Shown here in pieces: positions 48,398 through 58,829 of a stretch of 64,000 nt of DNA. Below the pieces are notes generated by a model. That model was not told where the DNA came from. It did not search any database and saw only the letters and a program-made list of their open reading frames with translations. The translations under genes and the position numbers were made by a program. Positions within the stretch are counted from its first letter, which is position 1. The number at the start of each line of letters is the position of its first letter. This DNA comes from an uncultured Alphaproteobacteria bacterium (GTDB taxonomy: Bacteria; Pseudomonadota; Alphaproteobacteria; HIMB59; GCA-002718135): NCBI GenBank assembly GCA_902623585.1, contig CACNUO010000001.1, positions 7,564-71,563 of the forward strand, written 5' to 3'.

Positions 48398-48977
48398 TTT
48401 TAAATTTATTTAAAAGTATCTTATATGAATTATTTATTTCTTTAAATTTTTCTTCTGCTTTTTTATCATTACCATTTACATCAGGATGAAATATTTTCAC
48501 TAGTTTTTTATAAGTTTTTTTAATTTTGTCCAATGTCAATGGAAGTTCTAGATTGAAACTAGATAATGCCTTATTTTCATCTTTTGTGAGATTTTCATCA
48601 ACAAGTTTATTTCTAAAGTAATTGTTTTCTCTTTCATTTGGATTTAAATCATTCATTTCTTCATTAAAAAAATTGTTTATTTGATCCATCACCTTATGAT
48701 GATTTCCTTTCAAAGGCCAGGATGGCCTGTTCCAAATTATATCCTCTCTCATTGAATTCTCTATTTGATTTACTGATAATCCTTTATAAAAATCCCAAGA
48801 TTTATTGTATTCTTTAATATGATCTAAACAAAAATAATAATATTGATTTAGTAATACTCTAGATTTAGGTGCTTTATATTTTCCTTCATTATTGCAATCA
48901 TTTTTGTCACATTTCCTAAAAAAAGTTTTTTCCCAAGAAAGAATATTTTTATTAATATCTATTTTGTGTTTACCCAC
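48387..48977 (-). CDS. J-domain protein with N-terminal Cys/His-rich region
   Basis: 196 aa. C-terminal J domain (KKTYKKLVKIFHPDVNGNDKKAEEKFKEINNSY, HPD motif). N-terminal KCDKNDCNNEG...YYYFCLDHIKEYN. GTG start; overlaps the cobS start by 11 nt. Confidence 0.8.
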   Translation of the reverse strand: MGKHKIDINKNILSWEKTFFRKCDKNDCNNEGKYKAPKSRVLLNQYYYFCLDHIKEYNKSWDFYKGLSVNQIENSMREDIIWNRPSWPLKGNHHKVMDQINNFFNEEMNDLNPNERENNYFRNKLVDENLTKDENKALSSFNLELPLTLDKIKKTYKKLVKIFHPDVNGNDKKAEEKFKEINNSYKILLNKFKNDK

Positions 48978-49000
48978 ACTTATTATATAGTTTAAAAATC

Positions 49001-49255
49001 ATGAATCGTAAGCAAAGAATTGATAAAATTTTATCAAAAAAATTTAATGATTTTTTACTAGAAATTATTGACAATTCAAATTTACATCAAGGACATAACA
49101 ATTTTACAGGCAATGATGAGACACATATAAAAATTATTTTAACAAAAAAAAATAAAATTCCTATAAATAGATTGTATATTCATAAACATATAAATAATTT
49201 ACTTGAAGAGGAGTTTAAAAGAGGAATGCATTCGTTAGAAATAAAAATTAATTAA
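49001..49255 (+). CDS. bolA: BolA-family protein
   Basis: 84 aa. ...DNSNLHQGH...THIKIIL...RLYIHKHINNLL...MHSLEIK fits the BolA fold signature. Confidence 0.8.
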   Translation: MNRKQRIDKILSKKFNDFLLEIIDNSNLHQGHNNFTGNDETHIKIILTKKNKIPINRLYIHKHINNLLEEEFKRGMHSLEIKIN

Positions 49256-50495
49256 TTTTAGAAATTTCAACTTTTGATATTTGTTTTTTTGAATGTGATA
49301 AAATTTTATATTTAAAAAAATTATCTTTAAAAGACTCTCCATAAGAAGGTATTTTTTTTGATATATCTAAAATATATCCTGCTATAGTTGATGATTCAAC
49401 TTCTGGTGGATCTAGATCAAAGCTTTTGTATAGATCTCTTATATTTTTCTCTCCATTAATTATCACCTTACCATAGTTATTAACTTTAAAATCATTTTCA
49501 GGCACATCAATTTCATCAACTATTTCTCCGACTATTTCTTCAATTATATCCTCCAATGTTATTAATCCAAGTAACTCACCAAATTCATCCACAACAAAAG
49601 CTAAGTGCTCTTTTCTTTTCTTGAATTCCACCAATTGTTCTAATAGATTTGTTGTTTCAGGAACAAACCAAGGGCTAGAAATTTTATCAAAAATAATTTC
49701 TTTTGACTCACTATGATTTTTTAAATCTATATTTAGAGTTCTTACATTTAATAAACCTATTATGTTTTCTGGATTATCTTTCCAAAATGGAATACGAGTA
49801 TATCTAGAATTATTAATTTTATTAATAATTTCATTTGTATTTAAAAAAGAATCTATAGAGTAAATATTTTTTCTATGGGTAAAAATTTCTTCTACAGTTA
49901 TATCATTTAACTGCAGTATGCTTTGTAACATATCCTTTTCTTGTTCATAGTCTGGATTTGAGGTTTTATAAAGATCAATTACTCCTTTCAATTCTTCCTC
50001 TGATTGAAGATCTTTATTTTTTATATCATTATCGTTTTTTCTAAAAACTAATCTTACAATCAAATTTATTAAAAATACAAAAATAAATAAAATTTTATTT
50101 AAATAATAAATAATTGGAGAGATTAATAAAGCTGTCCTGTTTGGTCTATTAATAGCATAAGTTTTTGGAAGAACTTCAGCAAAAATAACAATTACAACTG
50201 TCATTATTAGTGTTGCATAAAAAATACCTTCAACTCCAAAGATATCATAGAAAAAAGCTGTAGCTAAAGAGGATGCAAGAATATTAACTAAGTTATTTGA
50301 TAGAAGCAATGTCGATATAACGTTATCTTTTTTATCTAGGAGTTGAAGAACATATTCTGCTCGCTTACTTCCCTTTTTTTTCTTATAAAGAATTCTTGCT
50401 TTTGAAGTTGCAGTTATTGCAGTTTCAGAACCTGATAAAAAACCTGATAGTATTACAAGAATAATCAGTAATAGAAAAAGAAATATACTTGGCAT
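49248..50495 (-). CDS. HlyC/CorC (CNNM) family transporter: DUF21 membrane domain + CBS pair + CorC_HlyC domain
   Basis: 415 aa. N-terminal SGFLSGSETAITA (DUF21), a CBS pair region, and the C-terminal transporter-associated domain. Confidence 0.85.
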   Translation of the reverse strand: MPSIFLFLLLIILVILSGFLSGSETAITATSKARILYKKKKGSKRAEYVLQLLDKKDNVISTLLLSNNLVNILASSLATAFFYDIFGVEGIFYATLIMTVVIVIFAEVLPKTYAINRPNRTALLISPIIYYLNKILFIFVFLINLIVRLVFRKNDNDIKNKDLQSEEELKGVIDLYKTSNPDYEQEKDMLQSILQLNDITVEEIFTHRKNIYSIDSFLNTNEIINKINNSRYTRIPFWKDNPENIIGLLNVRTLNIDLKNHSESKEIIFDKISSPWFVPETTNLLEQLVEFKKRKEHLAFVVDEFGELLGLITLEDIIEEIVGEIVDEIDVPENDFKVNNYGKVIINGEKNIRDLYKSFDLDPPEVESSTIAGYILDISKKIPSYGESFKDNFFKYKILSHSKKQISKVEISKIN

Positions 50496-51563
50496 TTATA
50501 TATTTTGTAAAATTTTATAAACTTTTTGCTTGTCTAGTTTTTTGTAAAAAATTGAACTTCCTATTTTATCTATTAATGAAAAATTAATATTATTTAGAAA
50601 ATTTTTTTTATCTTTAATTATTTTATTTAATAATAACTTATCCTTTAATATATCATCAAAAGTTTTAAGTCTACAATTCTTAAAATGTAATATAATTCTT
50701 TCTAATTCAATTGATGATAGTAAACCAAGGTAATTAGATATCTTTGCCTCAGTAATCATTCCTATAGAAATTGCTTCTCCATGATTATATTTTTTGTAAT
50801 TATAATGACTTTCTATAGCATGACCAATTGTATGTCCGAAATTTAACATTGCCCTAGAATTATTATTTAATAAAAACTCTTTTTCATCCTTTTTTACATA
50901 AAATAGTTTTATCAAAATTGATTTATGAATAGCTTTTTCTAAAATAGAACTATTTAAATTAAGTAATTTATTTGCATTTTCTTCCAACCAACAAAAAAAT
51001 GAATAATCTTTGATTAGTGCATGTTTAACAATTTCGGCATATCCTGATTTTATTTCTTTTTTTGGTAAAGTATTTAAAATAGAAATGTCGATTAAAACTT
51101 CTTTTGGCTGATAGAAAGTTCCAATTAAATTTTTCCCATAGACTGTGTTAATTCCATTTTTACCACCAATAGAGCTATCTACTTGAGATAGAAGTGTTGT
51201 TGGGATAAGAAAAAAATCTAAGCCTCTTAATACTGTGCTCGCAATAAATCCCGTTAAATCTCCTAATGTGCCTCCTCCAATTGCAATAACAACAGATCTT
51301 CTATTTATATCTTTTTTAATCAGTTTTTCAGCTAGATTTTTGTATCCATCAAAAGTTTTTACTTTTTCTCCACAATGAACAAAAATAATTTTAATGTTTT
51401 TCTGATTATTAAAATTTAAATTAATTCTAATTTTAGAGTCTATAACACAAAACACCTTTTCATTTTTTTTTGCAATATTCTTTATAAAATTAGAAATAAA
51501 ATTTTTTTTTATTAATATTGAGGTTTTTAATTTTTTATTTTCTATAGATATTTTTTTTTGCAT
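50496..51563 (-). CDS. aroB: 3-dehydroquinate synthase
   Basis: 355 aa. IAIGGGTLGDLTGF, GGKNGIN and GHTIGHAIE motifs. Confidence 0.9.
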   Translation of the reverse strand: MQKKISIENKKLKTSILIKKNFISNFIKNIAKKNEKVFCVIDSKIRINLNFNNQKNIKIIFVHCGEKVKTFDGYKNLAEKLIKKDINRRSVVIAIGGGTLGDLTGFIASTVLRGLDFFLIPTTLLSQVDSSIGGKNGINTVYGKNLIGTFYQPKEVLIDISILNTLPKKEIKSGYAEIVKHALIKDYSFFCWLEENANKLLNLNSSILEKAIHKSILIKLFYVKKDEKEFLLNNNSRAMLNFGHTIGHAIESHYNYKKYNHGEAISIGMITEAKISNYLGLLSSIELERIILHFKNCRLKTFDDILKDKLLLNKIIKDKKNFLNNINFSLIDKIGSSIFYKKLDKQKVYKILQNI

Positions 51564-52089
51564 ATGAATTGAGTTTAATTTTAATTTTTTCTAATACTTC
51601 GAATTTATCATTATCATTATTTACAATAAAATCTGCTTTTTCATAAAATTTTCGTCTTTCATTATAGAGATTGTCCAATGTTTTTTTTTGGTTAATATTT
51701 TTATTTAATAAAGGTCTTTTTTTTGATGATTTTACTCTGTTTACTAAATTGTTTAATTTAACTTGTAAATAAATTGAATAAGAATTCTGCTTTATTGATT
51801 GTCTAATTTTTTTACTGATTATACTTCCTCCTCCTATGGATATTATGCAATCATTATTAGTCAATAATTCAAGACAAATTTTTTCTTCAATTTCCCTAAA
51901 ATACAATTCTCCATCTTCTTCAAAAATATCATTTATGCTTTTTTTTGTTTTTAATTCAATCTCCTTATCAGTATCATAAAATTTTATATTATAATACTTA
52001 CTCAAATCTCTACCAATTACAGATTTTCCAGATCCCATTAGACCCATAATACAAACATTTTTCTTTTTAATTTCGCTTATATTAAACAT
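51535..52089 (-). CDS. aroK: shikimate kinase
   Basis: P-loop GLMGSGKS and ISIGGG. ATG 52089 places the P-loop at the usual distance, so it is preferred over the track's TTG 52116. Overlaps the aroB start by 29 nt. Confidence 0.85.
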   Translation of the reverse strand: MFNISEIKKKNVCIMGLMGSGKSVIGRDLSKYYNIKFYDTDKEIELKTKKSINDIFEEDGELYFREIEEKICLELLTNNDCIISIGGGSIISKKIRQSIKQNSYSIYLQVKLNNLVNRVKSSKKRPLLNKNINQKKTLDNLYNERRKFYEKADFIVNNDNDKFEVLEKIKIKLNSYAKKNIYRK

Positions 52090-52188
52090 AATATGATTAT
52101 TTCTTATTCTTGACAAATTTTTGTTGAAATTAGAAAAAACTTAAAAAAATGGTAAAAACATATATTAGTCATTTTTTTAACATTATAT

Positions 52189-52317
52189 ATGAAAAATAAA
52201 TACATTATATATTTTTTTGCAATACTAATAATAATTGTTTTAGTCACACTTTATATGATTGAAATTCCTTCACCTTCAGCAATTATTACAGAAACATATA
52301 CTCTAAATCTGAAATGA
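52189..52317 (+). CDS. tentative 42-aa single-pass membrane protein (below the track's length cut-off)
   Basis: My translation is MKNKYIIYFFAILIIIVLVTLYMIEIPSPSAIITETYTLNLK. It has a Lys-rich N-terminus followed by a ~20-residue hydrophobic helix. Its TGA overlaps the ATG of the next gene as ATGA (52314..52317). No clear SD. Confidence 0.4.
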   Translation: MKNKYIIYFFAILIIIVLVTLYMIEIPSPSAIITETYTLNLK

Positions 52318-54083
52318 AATTTTTTTTTATTATTATCTTATTTTTCTTATCCAATTTAATTTCAGCAAATGAATTAGAAAACAATCAAGTGGAGGTTATT
52401 ACTTTACATGAAAATAAGAGTTTAGATCAAATGGTTTTAGATAATCTCAACAATGATAATGAGAATGAAGTGAATATAAATGAAGTAGTGGAGAATCCAA
52501 CTTCAGATGAAGTAATCAAAAATGAAGTAGAAGTAGAACAAATTGAAATTGCAAACGATGGTTATATTTATAAAAATCAAATAAAAGATCTAAATAAGTA
52601 TTTCGATAACCTTCAAAATATTACTTCTAAAACTTTACAACAACAAATAATCGAGGTTCTAGAAAATATTCAATTTGATTTAGAAATTGAGCAAGATAGA
52701 GATATACTTTTTTTAATCGTTAATTATTTTAAATCTATTGGTCAAATAAATAAGTCCTATGAATTAATTAAAAAATATGAATTAAGTAATGATAAAAATT
52801 TCAATTTTTATACAAGTATTAAATTAAATTATCTTTTATCAACTTTTCAACTTAACGAAGCATGTAGTTTTAAAGAAGAAATAAATTTTAATATAATTTT
52901 GGATTTCTTCTTTTTGGAGAAACTTGATATATTCTGTTCATTACTAAATAATAATGAGTCTGAGGCTAGATTACTAAACTCAATTTTAATAGAATCAGAG
53001 GACAATATAGATAATTACTATCAGTATTTATTTTCACTTATAACTAATGCGCCAGATCAATTACTACTTGATACGGAAATTAAAAATTTAGAAATTAATA
53101 CAGAATTGATATTTTTATATAGTGCAATGACAAGGATCGCTGAACTTCCTTTTTCTCACGAGTTTTATGAGCTTGACAAAAAAAATCTATCAATACCAAT
53201 AATTTTAAATCAAGCATCACCTATTGATTTAAGAATTAAAGCAGCAAATGAAAGTTTTTTAGAAAATTTAATTACAGTCGATAGTTTGGCAGCATTATAT
53301 ATGTCCGCTGATTTTAATTCTGATCAATTTAAAAATTCAAAAAATACGATAGATTCATTTGCAAATAATAAAGAACTAAGCATGGCTTTTTTGTTTCAAT
53401 TAGTAAATATTCAAATTTTTCCAAATGACAGATTAAATGCTTTAATTCAATTTTGGGACTTTTCAAAACAAAATAACCTTGAAGAAATTGCTTATAAATT
53501 ATCAAATAATATGTTGAGCTCAATAGAAGTTACTTCAGAGAATGTAATATTTGGCCCAAAAATAGCCTCAGCTTATATTTTTAACAGTAATTTCGAACAA
53601 GCACTCGCTTGGATAGAATTATATGAAAATGCAAAGCAAAAAGATGCAAATAGTATTTATACAAGAGTTTTATTAGATTTGTATTCATCTAATGACTTAA
53701 ATTCATTTATTAATTCTCTAAATCTAACTTTAAATAATTATATTGATGATACAAATAATGAAATTGAAGAATTATTTTTTGTACTTAAGAATGTAATAAA
53801 TTTGGAAATAAAAACTAAAACAAATATTAATTTAGATAAAATTTTTGATGAAAGATCAATGCCATCAATTTTTGTTTTTAATGAGATAAATAACAGTATT
53901 AATAACAATAATGATGAAAAATTTCTTATTTATTCATTAATTTCTTTAAATAATAAAAATTGGAGTGATATTCATCCAGAGCATCTTAAACTTATACTTA
54001 AGGGATATCTAATTTATAATGATGGGGTGCTCTTTAGAAATTTAATATTAGAGATATTTAAAAATTATAAATTCATAATATAA
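52314..54083 (+). CDS. hypothetical secreted protein, 589 aa, probably all-helical repeat (TPR/Sel1-like guess)
   Basis: Signal peptide MKFFFIIILFFLSNLISA, an acidic NEV-rich linker, then a long Asn/Leu/Ile-rich region. It ends 1 nt before accA. I found no diagnostic motif. Confidence 0.6.
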   Translation: MKFFFIIILFFLSNLISANELENNQVEVITLHENKSLDQMVLDNLNNDNENEVNINEVVENPTSDEVIKNEVEVEQIEIANDGYIYKNQIKDLNKYFDNLQNITSKTLQQQIIEVLENIQFDLEIEQDRDILFLIVNYFKSIGQINKSYELIKKYELSNDKNFNFYTSIKLNYLLSTFQLNEACSFKEEINFNIILDFFFLEKLDIFCSLLNNNESEARLLNSILIESEDNIDNYYQYLFSLITNAPDQLLLDTEIKNLEINTELIFLYSAMTRIAELPFSHEFYELDKKNLSIPIILNQASPIDLRIKAANESFLENLITVDSLAALYMSADFNSDQFKNSKNTIDSFANNKELSMAFLFQLVNIQIFPNDRLNALIQFWDFSKQNNLEEIAYKLSNNMLSSIEVTSENVIFGPKIASAYIFNSNFEQALAWIELYENAKQKDANSIYTRVLLDLYSSNDLNSFINSLNLTLNNYIDDTNNEIEELFFVLKNVINLEIKTKTNINLDKIFDERSMPSIFVFNEINNSINNNNDEKFLIYSLISLNNKNWSDIHPEHLKLILKGYLIYNDGVLFRNLILEIFKNYKFII

Positions 54084-54084
54084 T

Positions 54085-55023
54085 ATGATTAAATATTTTG
54101 AATTTGAAACTGAAATAGAAAAAATTGATAAAATCTTAAACCAGTTAAACAATAATAAAGAATTAAATGATGATAGAATTAAAAAATTAGATAAAGAAAA
54201 AGAACAGTTATATAAAAAAATTTATTCAAATTTGGATCCTTGGCAAAAAGTTCAGGTTTCTCGTCATGGGGAAAGACCTCACACACTAGATTACACTAAG
54301 CAAATATTTGATGACATAGTGCTTTTGCATGGAGATAAGAAATATGCTGATGATAATGCAATAGTGGGTGGATTAGCAAAAATTGATGGCAATTCAGTTT
54401 TTTTTGTAGGCACAGAAAAAGGAAATACAATGGAAACAAGGATAAAGCATAACTTTGGCATGGCTAAACCAGAGGGGTATAGAAAAGCTCAAAGATTATT
54501 AAAGTTAGCAGAAAAATTTAAATTACCATTAATAACATTTGTAGATACAGCAGGAGCATTTCCAGGAAAGGATGCAGAGGAAAGAGGTCAATCAGAATCA
54601 ATAGCTTCATCAATACTAAGTTTTTTAAAAGTAAATACACCAACAATATCAGTAATAATTGGAGAAGGGGGATCTGGTGGAGCTATAGGAATAGCAACTT
54701 CTGATAGAGTGTTAATGCTTGAACATTCAATATATTCAGTTATCTCCCCAGAAGGGTGCGCTTCTATATTATGGAGAAATACAGAATTTTCTCAGGAAGC
54801 TGCAAAAACTCTGAAACTAACATCTACTGATTGTAAAAATTTTAATATTATTGATGATATTGTTCCAGAACCATATGGTGGTGCTCATAGGTATCCTAAT
54901 AAACAAGCAGAAATAATAAAAGAAAAAATTAAATTTTTCTTGAATGAATTGAAGCAAATTTCAATCAAAGATTTAGTTAAAATAAGAAAAGAAAAATATC
55001 TTAATATTACTTCAGATATTTAA
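54085..55023 (+). CDS. accA: acetyl-CoA carboxylase carboxyltransferase subunit alpha
   Basis: 312 aa. [17 protein letters not shown] and IGEGGSGGA motifs. Confidence 0.95.
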   Translation: MIKYFEFETEIEKIDKILNQLNNNKELNDDRIKKLDKEKEQLYKKIYSNLDPWQKVQVSRHGERPHTLDYTKQIFDDIVLLHGDKKYADDNAIVGGLAKIDGNSVFFVGTEKGNTMETRIKHNFGMAKPEGYRKAQRLLKLAEKFKLPLITFVDTAGAFPGKDAEERGQSESIASSILSFLKVNTPTISVIIGEGGSGGAIGIATSDRVLMLEHSIYSVISPEGCASILWRNTEFSQEAAKTLKLTSTDCKNFNIIDDIVPEPYGGAHRYPNKQAEIIKEKIKFFLNELKQISIKDLVKIRKEKYLNITSDI

Positions 55024-57551
55024 TTACCATGACATTGTTTATATTTTTTACCTGAACCACATGGGCAAGGTTCATTCCTACCTATTTTTTTAGTTATAAT
55101 TCTTCTTGGTTCTTGTGTTTGTTTTCTATTTTTATCATTATCATTATCATTATCATTATTTTCATTTACTAACTTAATGTTAAAGAGTGTTTTTAATACT
55201 CTTTCATTTTGATTTGAAAGCATTTCATCAAAATAATCAAAAGATTCTTTTTTATATTCGTAGAACGGGTCTTTACCTCCCATAGCTCTTAAATTAACAC
55301 TTCCGCGTAGGGAATCCATTGCTGCCAGATGATCTCTCCAATCTTTATCTATTTGAAAAAGCATTACTCTTTTTTCTGCAAACTTTAGTAGTTCATAAGA
55401 ATATTGATGTTGTTTTTCTTTATATTTTTGATTTATTTCATCTAACAATCGTTTTTTAATTTCTTCATCATCAACACCTTCTTCATCAAACCATTTTGAT
55501 ACCGGAATATCTAGACTAAAAATTTCTTTAGTTTTTTCTTTCAATAAATTTCCATCCCATTCATGCGAGTATTTTTTTGGAGGAATTGTGACTTCAATTA
55601 AATAATTTACATAATCCAAAATCATATCTTCTATAATTTTAGATTGATCATTTGTATTAAGAATTTCTTTTCTATTTTGATAAATTATTTTTCTTTGATC
55701 ATTCAATATATCATCAAATTTTAAAATCTGTTTTCTCATATCGAAATTATGACTTTCAACTTTTTGCTGAGCACGTTCTAAAGATTTGGTAATCATTGAA
55801 TGTGTAATAACCTCGCCATCTTTCAGGCCCAATTTTGATAAGACATTTTCAAGAGTTTTTGATCCAAATATTCTCATAAGATCATCTTCCAAAGACAGAA
55901 AAAAAATACTTTCCCCTATATCTCCTTGCCTTCCTGATCTACCCCTTAGTTGATTGTCTATTCTTCTACTTTCATGTCTTTCTGTACCAATTACTAGTAA
56001 TCCACCAGCATCAATTGCTTCTTTTTTTAAATTATCATCACCATTTCCTAATTTAATATCAGTCCCTCTTCCAGCCATATTCGTTGAAATGGTAATATTC
56101 CCTGGCATTCCTGCCTCTTCAATTATCTTAGCTTCACTCATATGATTTTTAGCATTTAAAACATTATGCTTAAGATTTTCTTTTTTTAATAAATCAGAAA
56201 TTTTTATTGAGTTTTCTACAGATGTGGTTCCTATAAGGATTGGTTGATTGATATTATTCCGTGACTTAACAAGATCTAATACAGCATTATATTTTTCTCT
56301 TTTTGTCATATAAATTTGATCATTTTTATCAATACGATTTACCTTTATATTTGGAGGAATATCAACGACTTCTAAATTATATATACTTTCAAATTCTTTA
56401 GCTTCTGTTGTAGCAGTTCCTGTCATTCCACTTAGACGATAATATGTTCTAAAAAAATTTTGATATGTAACAGAAGCAATAGTTTGATTTTCTTTTTGGA
56501 TTACTAAATTTTCTTTTGCTTCTATAGCTTGATGCAATCCATCACCATATCTTCTACCTTCCATAGCTCTGCCAGTCAACTCATCAATAATAACAACATT
56601 TCTATCTTTTATTATGTAATCTTTATCTTTTATAAATAAATGATGGGCTCTAAGAGCTTGTATAATATTATGGTTTAAAACCATATTTCCTAAATCCTGA
56701 AGTGTACCTTCTTTGATGATGCCGTTATCTTTTAGTAACTTTTCACAAAATTCCATTCCCTCAGTAGTAAGTAAAATACTTTTACTTTCTTCATTTATTT
56801 CAAAATCATTTTCTCTAAGAATTTTTACAATTTTATCAATTTTAGGAAATAAATCAGTATTGGAATTTGATTCTGCAGATATTACAAGAGGTGTTCTGGC
56901 CTCATCTATTAAAATGCTATCCACTTCATCAACTATGGCAAATGCATTTTTTTTAAAACATAAGTTATTGTAATCGTTTTTGAGGTTATCTCTTAAATAA
57001 TCAAATCCTATTTCATTATTTGTTGCGTAAACAATATCCGCATCATACTGGTTAGATCTATCTTCATGTGCTGTTTCAGCAGTTACACACCCTACGCTAA
57101 GACCAAGAAAATTATATATATTCCCCATCCATTCAGCATCTCTTTTTGCAAGATAATCATTAACCGTAATGATGTGTACGGATAAGTTTTCTAAAGCATT
57201 TGCGTAAGCAGCTAGAGTAGCAACTAAAGTTTTTCCTTCTCCAGTTTTCATTTCAGTAATCTTGTTTTCATATAAAACCATTCCACCAATTATCTGAACA
57301 TCATAGTGCCTCATGTTTAATGTTCTTTTGGATACTTCTCTTACTACACCAAATATTTCTGGTAATAATTTGTTTATTGATCCCGTTTCTTTAAATTCAC
57401 TTCTAAAATAATTAGTTTTATTTTTTAATTCTTGATCTGAAAGTTGAGAAATTACTTCTTCTAGTTTGTTTACTTTTTCTACAAAACTTGCATATTTTTT
57501 AAGCGAATTAGATTTTATAGAACCAAATAATTTATTAACGATATTAATCAT
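55020..57551 (-). CDS. secA: preprotein translocase ATPase SecA
   Basis: 843 aa. MKTGEGKT Walker [26 protein letters not shown], and the C-terminal zinc site [14 protein letters not shown]. Confidence 0.97.
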   Translation of the reverse strand: MINIVNKLFGSIKSNSLKKYASFVEKVNKLEEVISQLSDQELKNKTNYFRSEFKETGSINKLLPEIFGVVREVSKRTLNMRHYDVQIIGGMVLYENKITEMKTGEGKTLVATLAAYANALENLSVHIITVNDYLAKRDAEWMGNIYNFLGLSVGCVTAETAHEDRSNQYDADIVYATNNEIGFDYLRDNLKNDYNNLCFKKNAFAIVDEVDSILIDEARTPLVISAESNSNTDLFPKIDKIVKILRENDFEINEESKSILLTTEGMEFCEKLLKDNGIIKEGTLQDLGNMVLNHNIIQALRAHHLFIKDKDYIIKDRNVVIIDELTGRAMEGRRYGDGLHQAIEAKENLVIQKENQTIASVTYQNFFRTYYRLSGMTGTATTEAKEFESIYNLEVVDIPPNIKVNRIDKNDQIYMTKREKYNAVLDLVKSRNNINQPILIGTTSVENSIKISDLLKKENLKHNVLNAKNHMSEAKIIEEAGMPGNITISTNMAGRGTDIKLGNGDDNLKKEAIDAGGLLVIGTERHESRRIDNQLRGRSGRQGDIGESIFFLSLEDDLMRIFGSKTLENVLSKLGLKDGEVITHSMITKSLERAQQKVESHNFDMRKQILKFDDILNDQRKIIYQNRKEILNTNDQSKIIEDMILDYVNYLIEVTIPPKKYSHEWDGNLLKEKTKEIFSLDIPVSKWFDEEGVDDEEIKKRLLDEINQKYKEKQHQYSYELLKFAEKRVMLFQIDKDWRDHLAAMDSLRGSVNLRAMGGKDPFYEYKKESFDYFDEMLSNQNERVLKTLFNIKLVNENNDNDNDNDKNRKQTQEPRRIITKKIGRNEPCPCGSGKKYKQCHGN
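55134..55157. repeat. perfect hexanucleotide tandem repeat (ATCATT)x4 inside secA; encodes (Asn-Asp)x4 in the C-terminal linker
   Basis: Read directly. The coding strand is AAT GAT x4 within ...[16 protein letters not shown]... Confidence 0.9.
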
Positions 57552-57615
57552 GTTATGATAGATGGCAGTTAATATATGAAAAATATTTCTTCTACAAAGG
57601 AATTTACGCTAAAAT

Positions 57616-58827
57616 ATGGTCAATAAAATGATTTCAATATTTAAGCCAAAAAAAATCAAAGATTTTAATCCTAGTGGCCTCAATATCTATACTTTTAATG
57701 CTGGATTTAAAAAAAAAGATAAAGATCTTTTATTAATAATTTTTGATCAAATTGTTAATGTATGTTGTGTCTATTCAAAAACATCAACACCTTCAGCTCC
57801 AATTATTTGGGATAAAAAAAATAACAAAGGTAAAGCTAAAGCTTTAGTTGTGAATGCTGGTAATGCGAATGCGCATACTGGTAAAGATGGTTTGAAAATT
57901 ATAGATAAGTATGTAAAAGCATTAACAAAAAAAATTAAATGTGGATCCAATGAAGTATTAGTATCATCTACTGGTGTAATCGGTGAAAAATTTAACCCGA
58001 ATTTAATTATAGATAAATTTAAAAAAATAAATTCCAAAAATAAAAATGGTTTACTAGAAAGCGCTAAGGCAATTATGACAACAGATACTTTCCCAAAAGT
58101 ATCAATTAAAAATATTAACTTAGACAATCAATCATTTAAGATTTACGGAATAGCAAAAGGATCAGGAATGATACAGCCAAATATGGGAACTATGTTGGTG
58201 TATATTTTTATAGAATGTGAAATTTCAAAACAGTTAATAAATAGACTTCTTAAAAATAATTTAGATAACACATTTAATTCAATTACTGTAGATAGTGATA
58301 CATCAACAAGTGATACTTTAATGATGTTTTCTGTTGGTAATAAAAATATCAATTTAAATAAAAAGAATTTTAAAATACTAAATAATAAAATATTTGAATT
58401 AATGCATGATTTATCTCTTCAAGTAATTAAAGATGGTGAGGGTGTTTCTAAGCTAATAAGAGTTAATGTTTTGAATGCAAGATCAAAAAATCAAGCAAAA
58501 AAAATAGCATTTAGTATTGCTAATTCTCCTTTGGTTAAAACAGCAGTAGCCGGTGAAGATGCAAATTGGGGTAGAGTAATAATGGCAATTGGTAAAACTG
58601 AAGAAAATATAAATCAAAATAAAATTAAAGTTTTGTTTGGAAACAATGTTTTATGCGAAAATGGTTCTATTAGTAAAAAAATAAATATTAGAAAACTTAA
58701 TAATTATATGAAAAATAAAACTATAGAAATCAATGTAAAATTAAACTTGGGTAAGTATTTTCATACTGTTCATGGAAATGATCTTACCTTTGAATATTTA
58801 AAGATTAATGCTGATTACAGATCTTAA
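57616..58827 (+). CDS. argJ: bifunctional ornithine acetyltransferase / N-acetylglutamate synthase
   Basis: 403 aa. Autoprocessing site PNMGTMLVYI (conserved Thr), plus VDSDTSTSDT and GEDANWGR motifs. An alternative ATG lies at 57628. Confidence 0.9.
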   Translation: MVNKMISIFKPKKIKDFNPSGLNIYTFNAGFKKKDKDLLLIIFDQIVNVCCVYSKTSTPSAPIIWDKKNNKGKAKALVVNAGNANAHTGKDGLKIIDKYVKALTKKIKCGSNEVLVSSTGVIGEKFNPNLIIDKFKKINSKNKNGLLESAKAIMTTDTFPKVSIKNINLDNQSFKIYGIAKGSGMIQPNMGTMLVYIFIECEISKQLINRLLKNNLDNTFNSITVDSDTSTSDTLMMFSVGNKNINLNKKNFKILNNKIFELMHDLSLQVIKDGEGVSKLIRVNVLNARSKNQAKKIAFSIANSPLVKTAVAGEDANWGRVIMAIGKTEENINQNKIKVLFGNNVLCENGSISKKINIRKLNNYMKNKTIEINVKLNLGKYFHTVHGNDLTFEYLKINADYRS

Positions 58828-58829
58828 TT

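Noticed and set aside
57576-57626. A 16-codon upstream ORF ([16 protein letters not shown]) ending 1 nt before the alternative argJ ATG at 57628, considered as a possible leader peptide.
   Set aside because: It has no Arg codons or other attenuation logic. A 16-codon open frame in a 64-nt AT-rich spacer is expected by chance about one time in four by my rough stop-frequency estimate.
57771-58127. 118-aa antisense ORF inside argJ. Similar track ORFs lie at 3490..3675, 4440..4751, 6422..6742, 8868..9092, 9483..9904, 11312..11533, 13152..13403, 15453..15701, 20235..20417, 23256..23543, 25771..25956, 26559..26820, 29631..29955, 30171..30368, 32402..32726, 33677..34153, 35628..35813, 37785..37982, 39617..39847, 42439..42648, 43003..43191, 45666..46309, 48152..48340, 53329..53523, 55954..56145, 56713..56973, 58143..58352, 59956..60204, 60717..60923, 61381..62106 and 63571..63831.
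   Set aside because: Each lies wholly or largely inside a gene on the other strand or frame that has strong family motifs. None of their translations shows a recognisable motif. Their compositions (Ile/Phe/Leu/Ser-rich) are what the reverse complement of AT-rich coding sequence produces. I treat them as frame shadows, not genes.
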